Part shown: positions 34,562 through 37,153 of the stretch, piece after piece
How positions within the stretch are numbered: the first letter of the stretch is position 1
How the letters are laid out: each line of letters starts with the position of its first letter
IMG/VR virus record: IMGVR_UViG_3300005512_003203
Coordinates: 1-37,153 of that record
Reading direction: 5' to 3' (one strand)
From: a virus
Taxonomy: Duplodnaviria; Caudoviricetes
Length of the DNA: 37,153 bases
Program-made: the position numbers and the translations under genes
Notes under the pieces: model-generated
Seen by the model: only the letters and a program-made list of their open reading frames with translations
What the model was told of the DNA's origin: nothing
The model's database searches: none

Positions 34562-37153
34562 TTACAGTCCTGCTATTTCTCCAGTATTTTTAAGTCTTAG
34601 TGGAATGTAAATAAATTCAACAGCCTTAACAGGTTCGATAGCAATGTCTAAGTGTAGTTCATTTCTATCAATTCTGCTAGGTGTATTGTTTGATTCATCA
34701 CACACTACTAGATAATCATACAATGCTCTCTGTCCAACTAGTTCTAGTAATAAACTTTCTGCAGCTTGTTTAATTTCATCTCTTGTAATCTTATCGTTTG
34801 GTTCAAACAAATAAGGCTTAGCAAGTGTGTTTAATTGGCTACGTAGGTAGATAACAAGTCTTGCAACATTGATTCTATCTAAAGAACTTGCAGCAAGTTG
34901 TCTTGTCTTCTGACCAAAAGCAACTAGTCCTGCACCTGTAATAAATGTAATTGGGTTAACTGCATTTGCGTAAAGTGTATCTCTTTGCCCTTCGTTTAGT
35001 GCAATACTTACAAATTCGCCTTCACTGCTTATATAACCTGTAGAACTTGCATTTGTAATACCACCACGTCTTGTACCTGCTGGTGCAAACCATGGGAACG
35101 ATACTTGATCACTTAGTGCAATGGTTCTCATCATCATATGACTTGGTGGAACAACAACATTGTTACCAAAATTATCACTTGTAAATCCACTTGGATAGTA
35201 AACACCAATATATGGATCAGTTGTTACTAGTCCGTTATCGTTGTCTTCTACAGCAAGTGCTTGGTTTGTTGCCCAGTTATTTAATGCTGTTGCATTCGGT
35301 AACAAACGGAATGGTGAATCACCAAGTACAAATGCTGTCAAACCTCTGTCATAGTTTAGTGATTTCATTTCACCTATAAGTTCTGGATAACCAGGACATG
35401 CCATTAGGTTAAACAATCTTGCTTCATCATCTCTAATATCTTCATTAGAGTTAACTAGTGCTTGTAGACCTTGTACAACAACTTTACGTTGTGCTTTGCG
35501 TCCAAATGTGCCAGAACCATCTACTTGGTTAGCACTTTCAGTTACCCAACGATCTGCGAAGTAACTTGCCATAGTTTGTCCATTACCTGCACCGTAACGG
35601 GTATTGTTGCCTGCTGTATTAATGTAATTTCTTACATATTTCTTAACATTAAATCCGCTTCTACGCAAGTTCCAAAGCAACATACCTTTTGGATATAGTG
35701 CTGGATCTGGTGAGTCAGGGTCAACATAATCGCTTTCCATTAATGCTGTTATGTCACCAGCTTCATTGCTGTTAGCACCTGCTGTATTATAACGTACATC
35801 TGCAAATAGTATACCGTCTTCAGTAGTTTGATCGCCAGTATCAACTAGTACCCAGTTGTCTTCTGCATTTGCATTTCCTAAATCTGGGTTATATCTGTAA
35901 ATTTTTGGATAGTTTTCAATATCACTTGTGTCTATCCAAATATCTCCAGTTTTGAGAGTAGTTCCGTCACTTTGTAGTATTGGAACTGTTGCTGAAACAA
36001 TAGGTCCGTTTGGATCTGGTTGATCTGCAGCTACACCGCTTGCATAATACGGACTTGCTGTTGAACTTTCACCACTTGACCCATCATACAGTAATCCAAC
36101 AAATTCACTACCATTGTGTACTAGGATATCTACTTCATCAACAATTGAGTTATACCAAAGTCTACCGTCTGCTGTCTTTGCAGTAACTTCAGTGTCGCTT
36201 GCTGTGAAGAATCCTGAACCAGTATCAGTTGTTGGTGTCCAATGAGTTGCTTGTAACTGTTTTGGACTTGTAGAACTTGTAGTTCCAGGAACGTAAACAA
36301 GATTTTGGATTCCAACACTTGCACTTACATATGGCACAAATCCTGCTGCTGTTAAAACACCATCTGTATCAACAAAACGTATTTCACCACCTAGTGCATG
36401 TTGTATAATAACTTTGTTTTGTGGATCAACTGTTGCTGTAACATTGGTAATGTTTGCATCATTGATTGCACTTGCTAATATACCTGCATCACTTGCAGCT
36501 CCTGTATATAAACCAGTAACTGTGACTGCTGTTTCAAAAGCAGCACTGCCATTATCGGTGGTTTGTACAGTAAATGATTTTGATGTTGCAGGGCCCGAGC
36601 TACCTGTTATAGCATCTTGAACAATTTTTACACCTGTAACTGTTGTTGCACCAATAGCTCTTCTACGCTGTGGTCTTAGTGTTGCCAATGGACTGTCATC
36701 TCCAGCAACATTGCTTTCAACATACAAATCACCTTGAGATAAATTAGCACCACCGCCAACAATATCTAATTCATATAGTGCTGTTTGATTGTTTGCGTGT
36801 ATTGGAGCACTTAATGTTTCCCAAAGCTCTGAGCTTGCATTCCATTTTTTAAATGATATGCTTGCGCCTAGATTTGGTGTTGTTGTCTTTAGCCAAATAC
36901 TTCCAGTTGGTCTTGCACTAATACTTGTTGGTATTTGAAGTCCAGGAGCACCGCTAATTGTGTCTCCAATTTTCCATTCTGGAATAGCTGTATGCTTAGA
37001 AATTTGTAGTGCAGGTGGAAAATGTGTCCCTGATAAAATTCCTAGTTCGGTTAATCTATCTGCTCCGCTTTCGCCTGCGCCTTTGATTTCAATTTCACCG
37101 CCTGAGGATGAATCTCCGCTTGCTGATGCTGTTCCGTCACTGTAAATTTCAAG
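34562..37153 (-). CDS. tail sheath protein (gp18-like), 5'-truncated by the window
   Basis: PWFAPAG..RG, LY...VNPI, GQKT, DRINVARL, FEPND, P.KAVEFI. The frame stays open upstream of 36727 (e.g. RPTGSIWLKTT). Confidence 0.93.
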   Translation of the reverse strand, partial: LEIYSDGTASASGDSSSGGEIEIKGAGESGADRLTELGILSGTHFPPALQISKHTAIPEWKIGDTISGAPGLQIPTSISARPTGSIWLKTTTPNLGASISFKKWNASSELWETLSAPIHANNQTALYELDIVGGGANLSQGDLYVESNVAGDDSPLATLRPQRRRAIGATTVTGVKIVQDAITGSSGPATSKSFTVQTTDNGSAAFETAVTVTGLYTGAASDAGILASAINDANITNVTATVDPQNKVIIQHALGGEIRFVDTDGVLTAAGFVPYVSASVGIQNLVYVPGTTSSTSPKQLQATHWTPTTDTGSGFFTASDTEVTAKTADGRLWYNSIVDEVDILVHNGSEFVGLLYDGSSGESSTASPYYASGVAADQPDPNGPIVSATVPILQSDGTTLKTGDIWIDTSDIENYPKIYRYNPDLGNANAEDNWVLVDTGDQTTEDGILFADVRYNTAGANSNEAGDITALMESDYVDPDSPDPALYPKGMLLWNLRRSGFNVKKYVRNYINTAGNNTRYGAGNGQTMASYFADRWVTESANQVDGSGTFGRKAQRKVVVQGLQALVNSNEDIRDDEARLFNLMACPGYPELIGEMKSLNYDRGLTAFVLGDSPFRLLPNATALNNWATNQALAVEDNDNGLVTTDPYIGVYYPSGFTSDNFGNNVVVPPSHMMMRTIALSDQVSFPWFAPAGTRRGGITNASSTGYISSEGEFVSIALNEGQRDTLYANAVNPITFITGAGLVAFGQKTRQLAASSLDRINVARLVIYLRSQLNTLAKPYLFEPNDKITRDEIKQAAESLLLELVGQRALYDYLVVCDESNNTPSRIDRNELHLDIAIEPVKAVEFIYIPLRLKNTGEIAGL

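Noticed and set aside
194-37145. Many short antisense or alternate-frame ORFs in the track (e.g. 2892..3275, 7984..8352, 23018..23530, 27146..27607)
   Set aside because: They lie wholly within motif-supported genes, lack RBS or promoters, and have shadow-ORF composition.
1-37153. tRNA genes, introns, active inteins, stop-codon recoding
   Set aside because: Intergenic gaps are tiny, core genes are uninterrupted and of normal length, and TAA/TAG/TGA all end genes.

Overview
The window is a densely packed segment of a large T4-like (myovirus-type) phage genome, read almost entirely on the minus strand and in the standard code. In transcription order (right to left) it carries tail sheath (5'-truncated), tail tube and a tube-like baseplate gene, a gp4-like head-completion nuclease, small and large terminase separated by probable head/internal proteins, then gp32 SSB, UvsX and UvsY. 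An ~8.7 kb glycosylation island follows, with GalE, a cytidylyltransferase-cupin fusion, three GT-A domains, four KpsS/KpsC-like GT-B domains and methyltransferases. Next come UvsW, a YhhQ-like transporter, a 2OG-Fe(II) oxygenase, more methyltransferases, KdsA, a gp62-like clamp-loader subunit, an APS-kinase/DUF2061/nucleotidyltransferase trio, a miniature DnaE-like protein and a primase (3'-truncated). The highlights are: (1) a putative phage-encoded Kdo-glycan pathway under late promoters; (2) a 1003-aa probable virion protein joining a peptidoglycan-binding domain to an annexin repeat; (3) an apparent leaderless-mRNA architecture with fixed promoter-to-ATG spacing; (4) a 188-aa palm-only DnaE; (5) a possible minimal PAPS module; (6) a degenerate HINT-like standalone protein. 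All family calls come from motif recognition by eye, not from database searches.
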